Shown: piece by piece, positions 1 to 9,598 of the stretch
How the letters are laid out: each line of letters opens with the position of its first letter
How positions within the stretch are numbered: position 1 is the first letter of the stretch
From: a virus
Taxonomy: Duplodnaviria > Caudoviricetes
DNA length: 27,892 nucleotides
IMG/VR virus record: IMGVR_UViG_3300044448_008510
Coordinates: 1 to 27,892 of that record
Direction: 5' to 3' (one strand)
Translations under genes and position numbers: made by a program
The notes under the pieces: generated by a model
What the model saw: the letters and a program-made list of their open reading frames with translations, nothing else
What the model was told of the DNA's origin: nothing
The model's database searches: none

Positions 1-814
1 AAAATTGCTTAGTTTTGATATTATTTAAATATATTTCAGCAGGATTAACACCAGCTAAAGTAGCAAAATAAGTACCTCCTCCTAGTCTAGGGTTACACTC
101 AATAAGTTTAGGTTTACCATCCTTATCTTCTTTCCATTGTATGCAACAGGGTCCCTGTATTTTTAAAAACTTACATAATTTTTCTGATTTATTTTCTAAA
201 TATTTATGTCTTATAATACTACCCTTAACAGAAATACCCGCTTTTATTCCATTTCTTTTTCGTACTATAGTACCTAAAGATATACTTTTATGGTCGCAAA
301 AAACATCAACTGTATATTCTTCTCCAGGTAGATATTCCCATAAATGATTATCTTTAGGAGGAGTAATTAGTTTAACACCCCTAGCTCCAGAAGATTCATC
401 GGGTTTTTGTAAAACATTAGAAATTATAAAAGGCATATTAAATTTTTTATGTAATTTTTTCCAAAATTTAAATTTATTATTACATAATTTAATAGTTTCT
501 AAAGGAGATATCCAAACTTTTATATTACTATCTAATAAATATTTTTTATGTTTTGAAATTAAACCTAAAACTGCTTCATCTACAGGAAGTATACAATTAA
601 TGTTATTTTTAATTATTATATCTTTTATAATACCCCAGGGATTAGATAATTCTTTTATAGGTGGTATAACATAATATTTATCAGATAAAAATAACCCCGC
701 CGCCATGTTATCACAATCTATACTTATAATGTTATGGTTTTGGTTTAAATCCCTAATGGATTTTATTAGTCCTATTGCCGCCGGACCCCCCGCTGAAGAT
801 ATTAATACATTCAT
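1..814 (-). CDS. ATP-grasp ligase, carbamoyl-phosphate-synthase-like/PylC-like; runs off the window edge (3' end missing)
   Basis: Not in the ORF track. Hand translation from ATG at 814 (TAATG overlap with the SDR stop) gives MNVLISSAGGPAAIGLIKSI...SIDCDNMAAGLFLSDKYYVIP...QKPDESSGARGVKLI...WEYLPGEEYTVDVF...CIQWKEDKDGKPKLIECNPRLGGG, open to the window edge. KP..SG..G, EY..G.EY and IE.NPR.GG are ATP-grasp motifs. Confidence 0.85.
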   Translation of the reverse strand, partial: MNVLISSAGGPAAIGLIKSIRDLNQNHNIISIDCDNMAAGLFLSDKYYVIPPIKELSNPWGIIKDIIIKNNINCILPVDEAVLGLISKHKKYLLDSNIKVWISPLETIKLCNNKFKFWKKLHKKFNMPFIISNVLQKPDESSGARGVKLITPPKDNHLWEYLPGEEYTVDVFCDHKSISLGTIVRKRNGIKAGISVKGSIIRHKYLENKSEKLCKFLKIQGPCCIQWKEDKDGKPKLIECNPRLGGGTYFATLAGVNPAEIYLNNIKTKQF

Positions 815-1461
815 TAAAAAAGAAAGTTTGAATGACCACCATCAAAATTAATGGTAACCCCATTTAAATATTTAATATTATTTTTAATAATTTCTCTAGT
901 GAATATACCAATTTCTTCTACGGTTCCCACCCTATTTAGTGGAAGTTTTTGTTCTAATTTACCCATATCAGAAACTAATCCTCTAAGTCTATCGGTATCA
1001 ATAGGACCAGGGGCTATATTAATAGTAGTAATATTATTTTTTGCAAATTCTTTACTTAAACATTTTAACACACTAATAAAAGCTGTTCTATATGCATTTG
1101 ATAGTAATAATTTTCCATCTGGCTCTTTAACATTATACGATGAAATTAAAAAAATATATCCTCCTTTATTTATTTTAATTTCTTGTAAAATTTTAAAAAA
1201 ACCATAAAATAACTGATTATGGTATTTATCACAATCTTCCCTAGTAATATCTTTAAATTTTTGAGAAGGGGGACCACCTGTATTTAATACTAAGATATCC
1301 GTTGATGGGTTATTATTAATAAATTTACTAACATTATCTATATTAGATGTATCTAAATCTTTAGTTGATGTTCTTATTACATTTAAATTTAAGGTTTCTA
1401 GGGAATCAGCAATTCCTTTTCCAATACCTCTACTACCTGCTAATACTATTGCTTTTTTCAT
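814..1461 (-). CDS. Short-chain dehydrogenase/reductase, FabG-like atypical subgroup
   Basis: N-terminal AGSRGIGKGIA Rossmann motif, DILVLNTGGP, NIAPGPIDTDR and NFDGG. The canonical YxxxK is replaced by SNAYR. Confidence 0.85.
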   Translation of the reverse strand: MKKAIVLAGSRGIGKGIADSLETLNLNVIRTSTKDLDTSNIDNVSKFINNNPSTDILVLNTGGPPSQKFKDITREDCDKYHNQLFYGFFKILQEIKINKGGYIFLISSYNVKEPDGKLLLSNAYRTAFISVLKCLSKEFAKNNITTINIAPGPIDTDRLRGLVSDMGKLEQKLPLNRVGTVEEIGIFTREIIKNNIKYLNGVTINFDGGHSNFLF

Positions 1462-1464
1462 AAT

Positions 1465-2061
1465 TTATAATTTTATATCAATAAACACTTTATTTCCACT
1501 TTTATTATAATAATATAGAGATTCTTTTCCTGGGAAATAAAAAGCTTTTACAAATTTTGTTATATTTTTTTGTTTTTCTAAATCTTTATACTTATAAATT
1601 TTACAATGTTTTGTTTGGGGTTTTACTAAAAAATCTTTATTTAATAACTTAAGATACCAATTTTTAAACATTTGATATGTAAGTTCCATTCCCTTAGCAT
1701 GTAAACTATAAGCCGTATCATGGGGCAAAATAGGGAATTCTTGAATTTCAATTATATCACCAGTATCAATTCCTTCATTTATTAAATGAAGTGTTGTTCC
1801 TGTTTTACTTTCCCCATTAATTAAAACCCAACTATAAGCTCCAACTCCCCTATATTCGGGCAATATGGCAGGATGAAAATTATAACAGGGTCTTTGTTTT
1901 ATAAAATCTTCTTTTAAAATTTTATCATATAATACAGAAATAAAAATATCACAATCTTCAATCGAATTAGTTAATTGAAAATTTTTAGGAGTATTTTTTT
2001 TAGCCCATTCTATACATTTATTACCTATTTGTTTAGCACTTCCTATATAAACTTTTTTCAT
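1465..2061 (-). CDS. Formyltransferase (Fmt/PurN fold), probably NDP-aminosugar N-formyltransferase
   Basis: NFHPAILPEYRG and TLHLINEGIDTGDII formyl-THF motifs; 198 aa with no Fmt tRNA-binding domain; sugar-gene context. Confidence 0.85.
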   Translation of the reverse strand: MKKVYIGSAKQIGNKCIEWAKKNTPKNFQLTNSIEDCDIFISVLYDKILKEDFIKQRPCYNFHPAILPEYRGVGAYSWVLINGESKTGTTLHLINEGIDTGDIIEIQEFPILPHDTAYSLHAKGMELTYQMFKNWYLKLLNKDFLVKPQTKHCKIYKYKDLEKQKNITKFVKAFYFPGKESLYYYNKSGNKVFIDIKL

Positions 2062-2795
2062 TATATTTTATTTTTTATTTTTGTCTTAATCCCAGTTCCA
2101 ATTGCATGTTTTAAAATTTTTAAATTATTTACAACTGTTTGTACATCATTTAATGCAATCGCATGTTCATCATCTGGGTATTTTACGGGCCAATGTGAAT
2201 TGCCATCCTTAACATAAAATAATATATCACTAGGAGAATAACATAAAGACATGTATAGGGTATTTAAATTATCACAATGATTCCCATATGAAACTTTACA
2301 ATTATATTTTTCTTTAAGTGTAGTTATAGCTTTTAAATTACAATCATTAATTTCATGGGATAATTGAGTATGATTTAAAACTATGTTTTTATTATTTTTA
2401 TACTTATTCATAAAAATTTTAATATCTTGGTCTGAGCTAAGTCCCGTGGATACTATTATTTTTTTATTTAAAGATAATAATTTATCCATAAGTTTTGTAT
2501 TAGCCATATCATTACGAATTACTTTATAAAAATCAACGTTAATAGATTCAAAAAAATCAATTTTTTGAAAATCGGCTAAAGCAATTCCAAATTTTTTATT
2601 TGTATTTTTTATTTGTTTAGATAATTCTATATAATCCTTATCTTCTAATCTATACTTTGGATTTCTATCATAATATTCTTTTTCTCTAACTTGGAAAGTA
2701 ATCCCATCAACTTTAGTATTGAATAAATCCATTAACATAATTTCTGCAGAAGAAAATACCCCTAAATGATTCATTCCTATTTCAGCTATTATCAT
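2061..2795 (-). CDS. Divergent NeuB-family (nonulosonate synthase-like) protein, no SAF domain
   Basis: IIAEIGMNHLG, IIVSTG, NLKAITTLK and SYGNH match NeuB. KFQ is changed to TFQ and the E-[KR]-H motif is absent. Confidence 0.75.
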   Translation of the reverse strand: MIIAEIGMNHLGVFSSAEIMLMDLFNTKVDGITFQVREKEYYDRNPKYRLEDKDYIELSKQIKNTNKKFGIALADFQKIDFFESINVDFYKVIRNDMANTKLMDKLLSLNKKIIVSTGLSSDQDIKIFMNKYKNNKNIVLNHTQLSHEINDCNLKAITTLKEKYNCKVSYGNHCDNLNTLYMSLCYSPSDILFYVKDGNSHWPVKYPDDEHAIALNDVQTVVNNLKILKHAIGTGIKTKIKNKI

Positions 2796-3430
2796 AATAA
2801 TTTTTTAATTAATTGTAAATCATCTTTATTATCAACTTGAAAACTTTCATAATATGGCATTTCTACTATGCCAATATTTTTACTGTATCTTAATTTAGAT
2901 TCTAAAAGATTTTCTTTTGTTGTAATATAAAAAGCTCCATTTTCAACATATAATTCTTGTTTATCTTGTCTTCGAGGTCTTTTATTAATATCCCATTCAT
3001 AAGGCTGTGAATCTTTTGTCCACCTAGGTTGCCAGTGTTCCTTATAAGCACTAAATACTGAATCATACTTATTTAGCATCTTGAGTCCTATATTAATATA
3101 TTTACTTTTTAATAAAGGAGAAGTAGGTTGGATAAAAACTAAAATATCAAATTCATAATTTTTTGCAAAATGTACTAAAGCAGCATCCGGCATTATTATA
3201 TCATTTGATAATTCTTTAGGGCGAGTTATAACTTTAGCTCCACATTTTTCACTTACATCTTTTATTTGTCTATCTTCAGTACTTACCCAAGTTTCACTAA
3301 CCTTAGAATTTTGTGAAACATTAATAGTATATTGTATTAATGGTTTTTCCCCTATATTTAAAATATTTTTATTTGGGATGCCCTTACTTCCTCCTCTAGC
3401 AGTTATTAATGAAACTATTTTTTTACTCAA
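2792..3430 (-). CDS. neuA: Acylneuraminate (CMP-nonulosonate) cytidylyltransferase
   Basis: ITARGGSKGIPNKNI, VSTED, RPKELS, QPTSPL, RPRRQD and ENGAFY; single domain of 212 aa. Confidence 0.93.
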   Translation of the reverse strand: MSKKIVSLITARGGSKGIPNKNILNIGEKPLIQYTINVSQNSKVSETWVSTEDRQIKDVSEKCGAKVITRPKELSNDIIMPDAALVHFAKNYEFDILVFIQPTSPLLKSKYINIGLKMLNKYDSVFSAYKEHWQPRWTKDSQPYEWDINKRPRRQDKQELYVENGAFYITTKENLLESKLRYSKNIGIVEMPYYESFQVDNKDDLQLIKKLL

Positions 3431-4385
3431 AATCTTCTATTTTTTTAGGTCCTTCACTAATGTGCATTTTAAATAATTTTTCTTGAATTGTATTATTATA
3501 AAAATCAGAATTATCTAAAACATTTTTAAATTGGTATCTTAAATGTAAATTTCTTTTTCCCCATTTCCAACCCCATCTATCTTCAAATACTTCATGAACA
3601 TTAGTACTTCTAGAATAATTTATATCACTAATTAGCTTAATAGAATTTTTTAGGGTACCACTATCATGGTAAACGGAAAGATAAGGAAAACATACATTAA
3701 ATATATTATATAACATAAATTGGTGAGCTATGTCGTCTGTATTTAATAATCTACCCTTATACTCAACATCTAATGATATTTTTTTTCTAAATAGTTTTCT
3801 ATTAACACATACAGATTGCCAATTTGGAACCTCTATTACAAAATAATCACTTGTATAATAATCCTCAGGTAAATCCTTATACCACCCTGAGTAAGGGGGA
3901 TCCAAAATACCATCAACTAAACAACCTCTTCCTGGGACTGGATTACCTGGGGCTTTAATTTTTTTACTATTATTATAATGTTGATAATTACTAAATCCAA
4001 ATAAACCTACTTTTTTTTCTAAAAAATTATATTGGTCAATAGTTTGATTTAATTTATTAAAAAAATCTTTTTGAAAAGGAAAACAATCATTTTCAAAAAA
4101 TAATATCCAATTAGATTTTATGTTATTATCCAATAAATAATTATCCGCACTTTTGAATGCTGAAAAAATTGGGGCTTGGGCATTTTGATTAACAAAAGGA
4201 TTTATCCAGGTAATATTATCATATTTTTGACATAAATTCCTTAATAATTCTTTTTGTTCAGGTAAAGAATTATCATCAAAAATTAATATTGAAATTTTAT
4301 TAAAGTTATCCATAGAATATTTAAAAAGAAAATTTTCAAACATTTCATACTGATTTTTAACACAAAATAAAACTACAAAATTCAT
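3423..4385 (-). CDS. Putative GT-A/GT2-like glycosyltransferase
   Basis: ILIFDDNS, WILFFENDCF (DxD-like) and late DD...VYH motifs; sits between neuA and neuB. Confidence 0.6.
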   Translation of the reverse strand: MNFVVLFCVKNQYEMFENFLFKYSMDNFNKISILIFDDNSLPEQKELLRNLCQKYDNITWINPFVNQNAQAPIFSAFKSADNYLLDNNIKSNWILFFENDCFPFQKDFFNKLNQTIDQYNFLEKKVGLFGFSNYQHYNNSKKIKAPGNPVPGRGCLVDGILDPPYSGWYKDLPEDYYTSDYFVIEVPNWQSVCVNRKLFRKKISLDVEYKGRLLNTDDIAHQFMLYNIFNVCFPYLSVYHDSGTLKNSIKLISDINYSRSTNVHEVFEDRWGWKWGKRNLHLRYQFKNVLDNSDFYNNTIQEKLFKMHISEGPKKIEDFE

Positions 4386-5203
4386 TTACCCCTTAAAGTT
4401 TTTCTTTTTAATAATTCACTTTTAAATAATTCTCTTTCTTTTCCTTCTAACCCCAGAGCTAATTCTATATCTCTTATTCCTTTTACTAATTTAAATAGTC
4501 CTGAGGGTTCAACTGAAGCTACTTGATCCGATCCCCACATAGTTCTATCTAAGGTAATATGCCTTTCAACCCATGTTACACCCAAAGGTATAGTAGCAAA
4601 AGTAGTTACAAGCCCAAATTCATGTCCACTATAGCCCACTTCTTTTTTAAACTTATTTTTTAGCCAAGTAATATAATTTAAATTTAATTCATTAATTGGG
4701 GAAGGATATGTAGAATTAGTATGCATTATAACATTAGGATTGCAATATTTTACACAATTTTCTATTTCTTTTTCTGTAGACATGCCTGTTGAAACTATAA
4801 GATAATTAAATTTTTCTCTAGCATATTGACATAACTCTTTATTTGTTATTAAAGCCGATGGGATTTTAGCTAAATTATTATATTGAGACATAAAATCAAC
4901 CGAATCTTTATCCCATACAGAAGCAAACCAACCTATATTTTTTTCTTTACAATATTTATCTATTTCATCATATTCTTTTTTTCCAAATTCAATCTTGTGT
5001 TTATATTGTAAGTAAGTCATTTCTCCCCAGGGAGTAGATTTGGGTTTATTTTTTTGTTCTTCAGGAACACAGATATCGGGATTACGTTTTTGAAATTTAA
5101 CATAATCACATCCAGATAAAACCGCCGCGTCTATAATTTTTTTACATAAATCTAAATTACCATTATGGTTTATTCCTATTTCTCCTATAATTTTTACTTT
5201 CAT
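4382..5203 (-). CDS. neuB: N-acetylneuraminate/nonulosonate(-9-phosphate) synthase, no SAF domain
   Basis: IIGEIGINHNG, VKFQKR, KIPSA, VSTGMS, HTNSTYP, GYSGHE and VERHITLDRTMWGSDQ; all canonical motifs present. Confidence 0.93.
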   Translation of the reverse strand: MKVKIIGEIGINHNGNLDLCKKIIDAAVLSGCDYVKFQKRNPDICVPEEQKNKPKSTPWGEMTYLQYKHKIEFGKKEYDEIDKYCKEKNIGWFASVWDKDSVDFMSQYNNLAKIPSALITNKELCQYAREKFNYLIVSTGMSTEKEIENCVKYCNPNVIMHTNSTYPSPINELNLNYITWLKNKFKKEVGYSGHEFGLVTTFATIPLGVTWVERHITLDRTMWGSDQVASVEPSGLFKLVKGIRDIELALGLEGKERELFKSELLKRKTLRGK

Positions 5204-7782
5204 ATTAATTTTGGGTTTTGTAAATCTTTTATAGATATAAATCTAACTCCTTTATCTATCAAATCCTTATTATTATTTTTAATCTCTTTAATAAAGTTCC
5301 AAGCCATTACAATTATAACATCAGGAAATATTTCCCGTGTTTTTTCTTTTGAAAATATAGGGATTCTTACACCTGGAAGGGTTTTATTATGTTTTAATGG
5401 GTTATCTTCTATTATATAAGTTATTTCTTCAGATGTAATACCATAATAATTTAAAGATGTAGTAGCTTTAGCAGGTGAACCATATCCTACTAAAGTTAAT
5501 CCTTTATCTTTTAAATTTTTAATATTATTAACTACATTTATTTTCGCTTCCTCAATTCTAGATGCAAATTCTAAATAAGTAGTATAGTCAGTTAAACCTT
5601 CATTTTTTTCATTTTGCAAATATTCTTCTAAATTGCTTTTAGAATTCATATACGCAGGATTCATATGTCTTTGAACATATACTCTTATTGAACCTCCATG
5701 GGTATCAACATGGTCTATGTTTGTGATAAATAGTCCTAATCGTGAAAAGAAATTATTTAATGATGTAACACTCCAATAATTAACATGTTCATGATATATA
5801 TTATCAAATGTTAAATCCTTAATAGTATCTAATAGATATTGAACTTCAACAATAAAAACACCATCATCTTTTAATATTTTAAAAGCAGATTTAGCTATTT
5901 CTTCTAATTTATCTGAGTGAGCAAATACATTTGAAGCCATTATAATGTCAGCATTTCCATGGTTTTTTATAATATCTTCAGCTACAGTATTATTAAAATA
6001 AGAGTTAATAGTATTAATTCCTTTTTCATTAGCTATTTTACAAATATTTTTAGCCGGTTCAATACCTAATACCTTAATTCCCTTTTCTTTAAAAGGTAAA
6101 AGAGCAATACCATCATTTGAACCTATATCTACAATAAATGAATTAGTATTTAATTTAAAATCATTAATATAATCATTAGCAGCTTTTTTAAAATGATCTC
6201 TAAAACTTTTAGCTGTAGATGAAACATATAGATAATGGTCAAACATTTTTTTAGCCGGAACAATATATGACAATTGACAATTATGAGATTCGGGACAATA
6301 CATCATTTCTAATGGGTATAGCTCATCGGGTTGGTCTTGTGAATCCAATAAATTATTAGCTAAAGGAGACATACCTAATGAAATTACAGGTCTAAGTTTT
6401 CCTTTTTTTCCTGCTCTATCAATAGATGAATAATTAGATATAATTTCTTTTCTAAACCTTTCATTAACTAATTTGTAAGGAATAGTATGAGTGACCCCAT
6501 AATTTTCATGTTCACGTTCACCTCTTACTAAATTTAAGAAAATTGAATCTTCTAAAAATACCATAGTATGAGCTACATTTGGTTTAATTACTGCAATATC
6601 TCCTTCTTGGATTAATTGAGTATGAATTTGTGCCTTAGGATTAGATAAATCCTTAATAACACTTACATATTTTCCCTTAATTAATAAACATTTTTGTTCC
6701 TGTATTGGGTGATAATGATTAGCTCTAACTGTGCCTTTTTTAGATTCAATGTATCCTATTAAATTAATAGGTTCAGTTAGCTCATAATTACTAATTTTAC
6801 CCCTTTCATCAATATATTCCTTGCCCCCTTGTACTGTATATTCTAATTCAGGTCTAATTTCTTGTTTAGACCAATTGTTAATCATTTCTTTTAAACATTG
6901 TTCTAAACTATATCTAAATTTAAATCCAGTTGATAATAATTTTTCGTTAGAAATAGTATAACCTAAATTAGGGATTTCATCATTAGTCTCTATTAACTCT
7001 AATGAAGGTTTTATCTTTTTACATAATTCTGCAACTTCTTTAACAGTCATATTTTCTTTTGATAAATGAAATGTTTCTCTTTTAATATCTTTTCTTTCAG
7101 CCATAAATTTAAAACATCTTGCTACATCTACTAAAGGTACTAAACTTTTTAATTGTACCCCTCCCGAAAATAATTTAATAATTCCATTTTGAGAGGCTAT
7201 TTTAGAAAATAAATTAGGCATTATTCCTACTCTCATAGTATCCGTAGAATACCCATATACTGAAGCTAATCTTAATATTATATAATTTAAATTTGATTTA
7301 AGTAAATCTTTTTCTGTTGTATCTTTACCTTTAGAATAAGTAAGTATAGGAGTAGTAGGTTCTGTTTCTTTAACATCATAAACAGTTTTATCAAATCCTT
7401 CATAAACAACATGAGTAGAAGGAAATATCAACTTACATTTACCAGAAACATTATTAATTATATTTCTAGAACCCTCTATACCAACTTTTTCAATTAATTC
7501 ATTTTGACCAAATTTTTCTTCTAATTTAGTATATGCCACATCAGTTATACCCGCAAAATGGTATACTATGTCTGCATCTTTTACCAATTTACTAATAAAT
7601 TCTTTATTTAAAATATCTCCCTGTCTAAAATCAAATCCCCAATCTCTTAATTGTTTAACTCTTTCGGATACAAATCTTTTGTCCGTTACTATTATATTTT
7701 TATATCTAGTTTCTCCCGAGTAGAGTTTACATAACTCAGTTCCTATATAACCTAATCCACCTGTTATTACTATTTTTTCCAT
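5200..7782 (-). CDS. Three-domain fusion: NAD-dependent sugar epimerase/reductase + cupin (isomerase/epimerase) + NDP-sugar C-methyltransferase
   Basis: aa about 1-305: TGGLGYIG, STHVVY, YSKGK. aa about 310-440: DERG, RANHYH, PNVAH (cupin). aa about 450-860: SLGMSPLANN, YPL, DIGSNDG, GIEPA, NVFAH, IYHEH, HGGSIR, GYGSPAKATT, VMAWNF. Confidence 0.88.
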   Translation of the reverse strand: MEKIVITGGLGYIGTELCKLYSGETRYKNIIVTDKRFVSERVKQLRDWGFDFRQGDILNKEFISKLVKDADIVYHFAGITDVAYTKLEEKFGQNELIEKVGIEGSRNIINNVSGKCKLIFPSTHVVYEGFDKTVYDVKETEPTTPILTYSKGKDTTEKDLLKSNLNYIILRLASVYGYSTDTMRVGIMPNLFSKIASQNGIIKLFSGGVQLKSLVPLVDVARCFKFMAERKDIKRETFHLSKENMTVKEVAELCKKIKPSLELIETNDEIPNLGYTISNEKLLSTGFKFRYSLEQCLKEMINNWSKQEIRPELEYTVQGGKEYIDERGKISNYELTEPINLIGYIESKKGTVRANHYHPIQEQKCLLIKGKYVSVIKDLSNPKAQIHTQLIQEGDIAVIKPNVAHTMVFLEDSIFLNLVRGEREHENYGVTHTIPYKLVNERFRKEIISNYSSIDRAGKKGKLRPVISLGMSPLANNLLDSQDQPDELYPLEMMYCPESHNCQLSYIVPAKKMFDHYLYVSSTAKSFRDHFKKAANDYINDFKLNTNSFIVDIGSNDGIALLPFKEKGIKVLGIEPAKNICKIANEKGINTINSYFNNTVAEDIIKNHGNADIIMASNVFAHSDKLEEIAKSAFKILKDDGVFIVEVQYLLDTIKDLTFDNIYHEHVNYWSVTSLNNFFSRLGLFITNIDHVDTHGGSIRVYVQRHMNPAYMNSKSNLEEYLQNEKNEGLTDYTTYLEFASRIEEAKINVVNNIKNLKDKGLTLVGYGSPAKATTSLNYYGITSEEITYIIEDNPLKHNKTLPGVRIPIFSKEKTREIFPDVIIVMAWNFIKEIKNNNKDLIDKGVRFISIKDLQNPKLI

Positions 7783-7783
7783 T

Positions 7784-8401
7784 TTATGTATTATTTAATT
7801 GTGTTTGAATAAGATTTTCTATATCATGGTTTTTTTCAGGAGAAACATCACAAAACCTATAAACTTTAATGCCATTATCTTCTAATAATTTATTATATTG
7901 ATTTAAATAGGGTTTTAATTCTCCTACTTTATGAATATCAGTCCCTGCACCACATATAATATTAAAATTTTTATGTAAATTATTATTTATTAAATCATTT
8001 ATCATATACCATTCAGCTCCTTCAATATTAAATCTTAATATATTAAATTGATTTTTAAAATTTGGATAGTTTTCTAACATAGTTGAAAAAGGGATTCCTT
8101 GGATTTCATAATGGGCATCATTTACATTATTTTTAGTTCTAAAGATTGAATTACCTTGTCCCCCATTACCATGAGCTAAATATAATTTTATTTTTTCTGT
8201 ATTTTCAGAAATAGCATAATTAAAAATATTAACCTTAGGATTATTTATATGTTTATTATGAATAGATTGGGCATATTCAGGATGAGCCTCTACTCCATAT
8301 ACTCTATAATCCCAATTGTTTCGAGTACAAATATTAATAAACATTTCTATTTCTCCTCCAGTATATAACCCTAAATCATAATAATGTATAATTTTTTTCA
8401 T
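7784..8401 (-). CDS. FkbM-family SAM-dependent methyltransferase
   Basis: YYDLGLYTGG, YGVEAHP, FNYAIS and LRFNIEGAE match the FkbM DxG, EP and KxDxEGxE positions. Confidence 0.75.
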   Translation of the reverse strand: MKKIIHYYDLGLYTGGEIEMFINICTRNNWDYRVYGVEAHPEYAQSIHNKHINNPKVNIFNYAISENTEKIKLYLAHGNGGQGNSIFRTKNNVNDAHYEIQGIPFSTMLENYPNFKNQFNILRFNIEGAEWYMINDLINNNLHKNFNIICGAGTDIHKVGELKPYLNQYNKLLEDNGIKVYRFCDVSPEKNHDIENLIQTQLNNT

Positions 8402-8402
8402 T

Positions 8403-9596
8403 CTATGTGTTATTAATTTTATTTATCGCTTTTTCTATATCTTTTAAAGAATATTTACGACCTAAATAAGGTGTTGAGTTATTTTTCCATTTAATTCTTG
8501 GATTATCTAAAATATGGTGCCAAACATATCTGGCAGATCCTAACGATAACCCCCCATCATAAGGAACAGGGTCACAGTATATATTTTCTATAGAGGGAAA
8601 CCAATCATACATTTTTCCCATAGCCACAGCATTTAAACTTACTCCACCAGACACACATAAATTTTTATAAGGATACTTAACTAAATATTCTGATAATATT
8701 TCTTTTATAATTGATTCAGTAGCCTGTTGTAAACCCATAGCAACATTAAACTTATGCTGTTCTCCCTTATCTGCGATTTTTTTAAATGAATCTGTTAAAG
8801 GTTTTAAATAAGAATACATATTGGGCCAAACTATGTTATTATGATATAGTTTTTTAAATTCACTAAAGAATTTTTCATAACATGATTGATTATTTATTTC
8901 CTTGTATTTAGCACTACCATCTCCTAAAGGGGCCATTCCCATTACTGTTCCAGCCTGATTCCCACCTTGACCTTTTCCTCCCCCACATCTTAACCCAAAT
9001 ATCTGAACTAAGCAGGCATTCCAAAAATTACCTATATTTACTTTATGGTTATTAAAAGCCTTAATTCTATGAATTTTATTATCTTTCCCCTCCCATAAAG
9101 TAACAGCAACAGTACCTGCCCCCATATTTGGACTTTGACTTCTAAAATCACAATATTCCCCTATTTGCATTAGTTCTTTAGTATCATGAACCCAATCTTC
9201 AGTATTGCCTTTTTCAACACCTCCTCCATCTATAGTAAGAATTAGTGCTTCATCAAAATTACTTGAAAAAAAAGCATTAGATGCATGAGATTGATGATGA
9301 CCTATAACATAAAATTCTCCATTTGATTTTTTTATTATATCCCTCATTTTATTAAAATCTCTTGCTTTTTCAGAATATGCTCCCCTTTCATAACCTAACC
9401 CCCCATAGCAAAAACTATAATTACTCTTACTAAGATTTATATAATTAGGTTGATTGTCAAAAAACATTTCTAACCCATCTCCAGAAGGTTCTTTTTCACG
9501 TGTAAATCTTTCTAATTCTTCATGGATTATAGGTACCCCATTTTCTAATATACAATAAGAAACATCATGTCCTGCTTGAAACCCTATTATTTTCAT
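8403..9596 (-). CDS. O-carbamoyltransferase (NodU/CmcH/TobZ family), N-terminal Kae1-like half only
   Basis: GHDVSYC, EELERFTREK, HHQSHA...FFSS, LTIDGGG, VMGMA, SGGVSLN and DGGLSLG; ends at the interdomain linker PYLG. Confidence 0.88.
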   Translation of the reverse strand: MKIIGFQAGHDVSYCILENGVPIIHEELERFTREKEPSGDGLEMFFDNQPNYINLSKSNYSFCYGGLGYERGAYSEKARDFNKMRDIIKKSNGEFYVIGHHQSHASNAFFSSNFDEALILTIDGGGVEKGNTEDWVHDTKELMQIGEYCDFRSQSPNMGAGTVAVTLWEGKDNKIHRIKAFNNHKVNIGNFWNACLVQIFGLRCGGGKGQGGNQAGTVMGMAPLGDGSAKYKEINNQSCYEKFFSEFKKLYHNNIVWPNMYSYLKPLTDSFKKIADKGEQHKFNVAMGLQQATESIIKEILSEYLVKYPYKNLCVSGGVSLNAVAMGKMYDWFPSIENIYCDPVPYDGGLSLGSARYVWHHILDNPRIKWKNNSTPYLGRKYSLKDIEKAINKINNT

Positions 9597-9598
9597 AT

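Noticed and set aside
1-814. True carbamoyl-phosphate synthase supplying the carbamoyltransferase
   Set aside because: Only a single small ATP-grasp unit is visible, without CarB architecture or a CarA partner; a generic ligase is more likely.
1465-2061. Methionyl-tRNA formyltransferase (fmt)
   Set aside because: Too short, lacks the C-terminal tRNA-binding domain, and lies in a sugar-pathway context.
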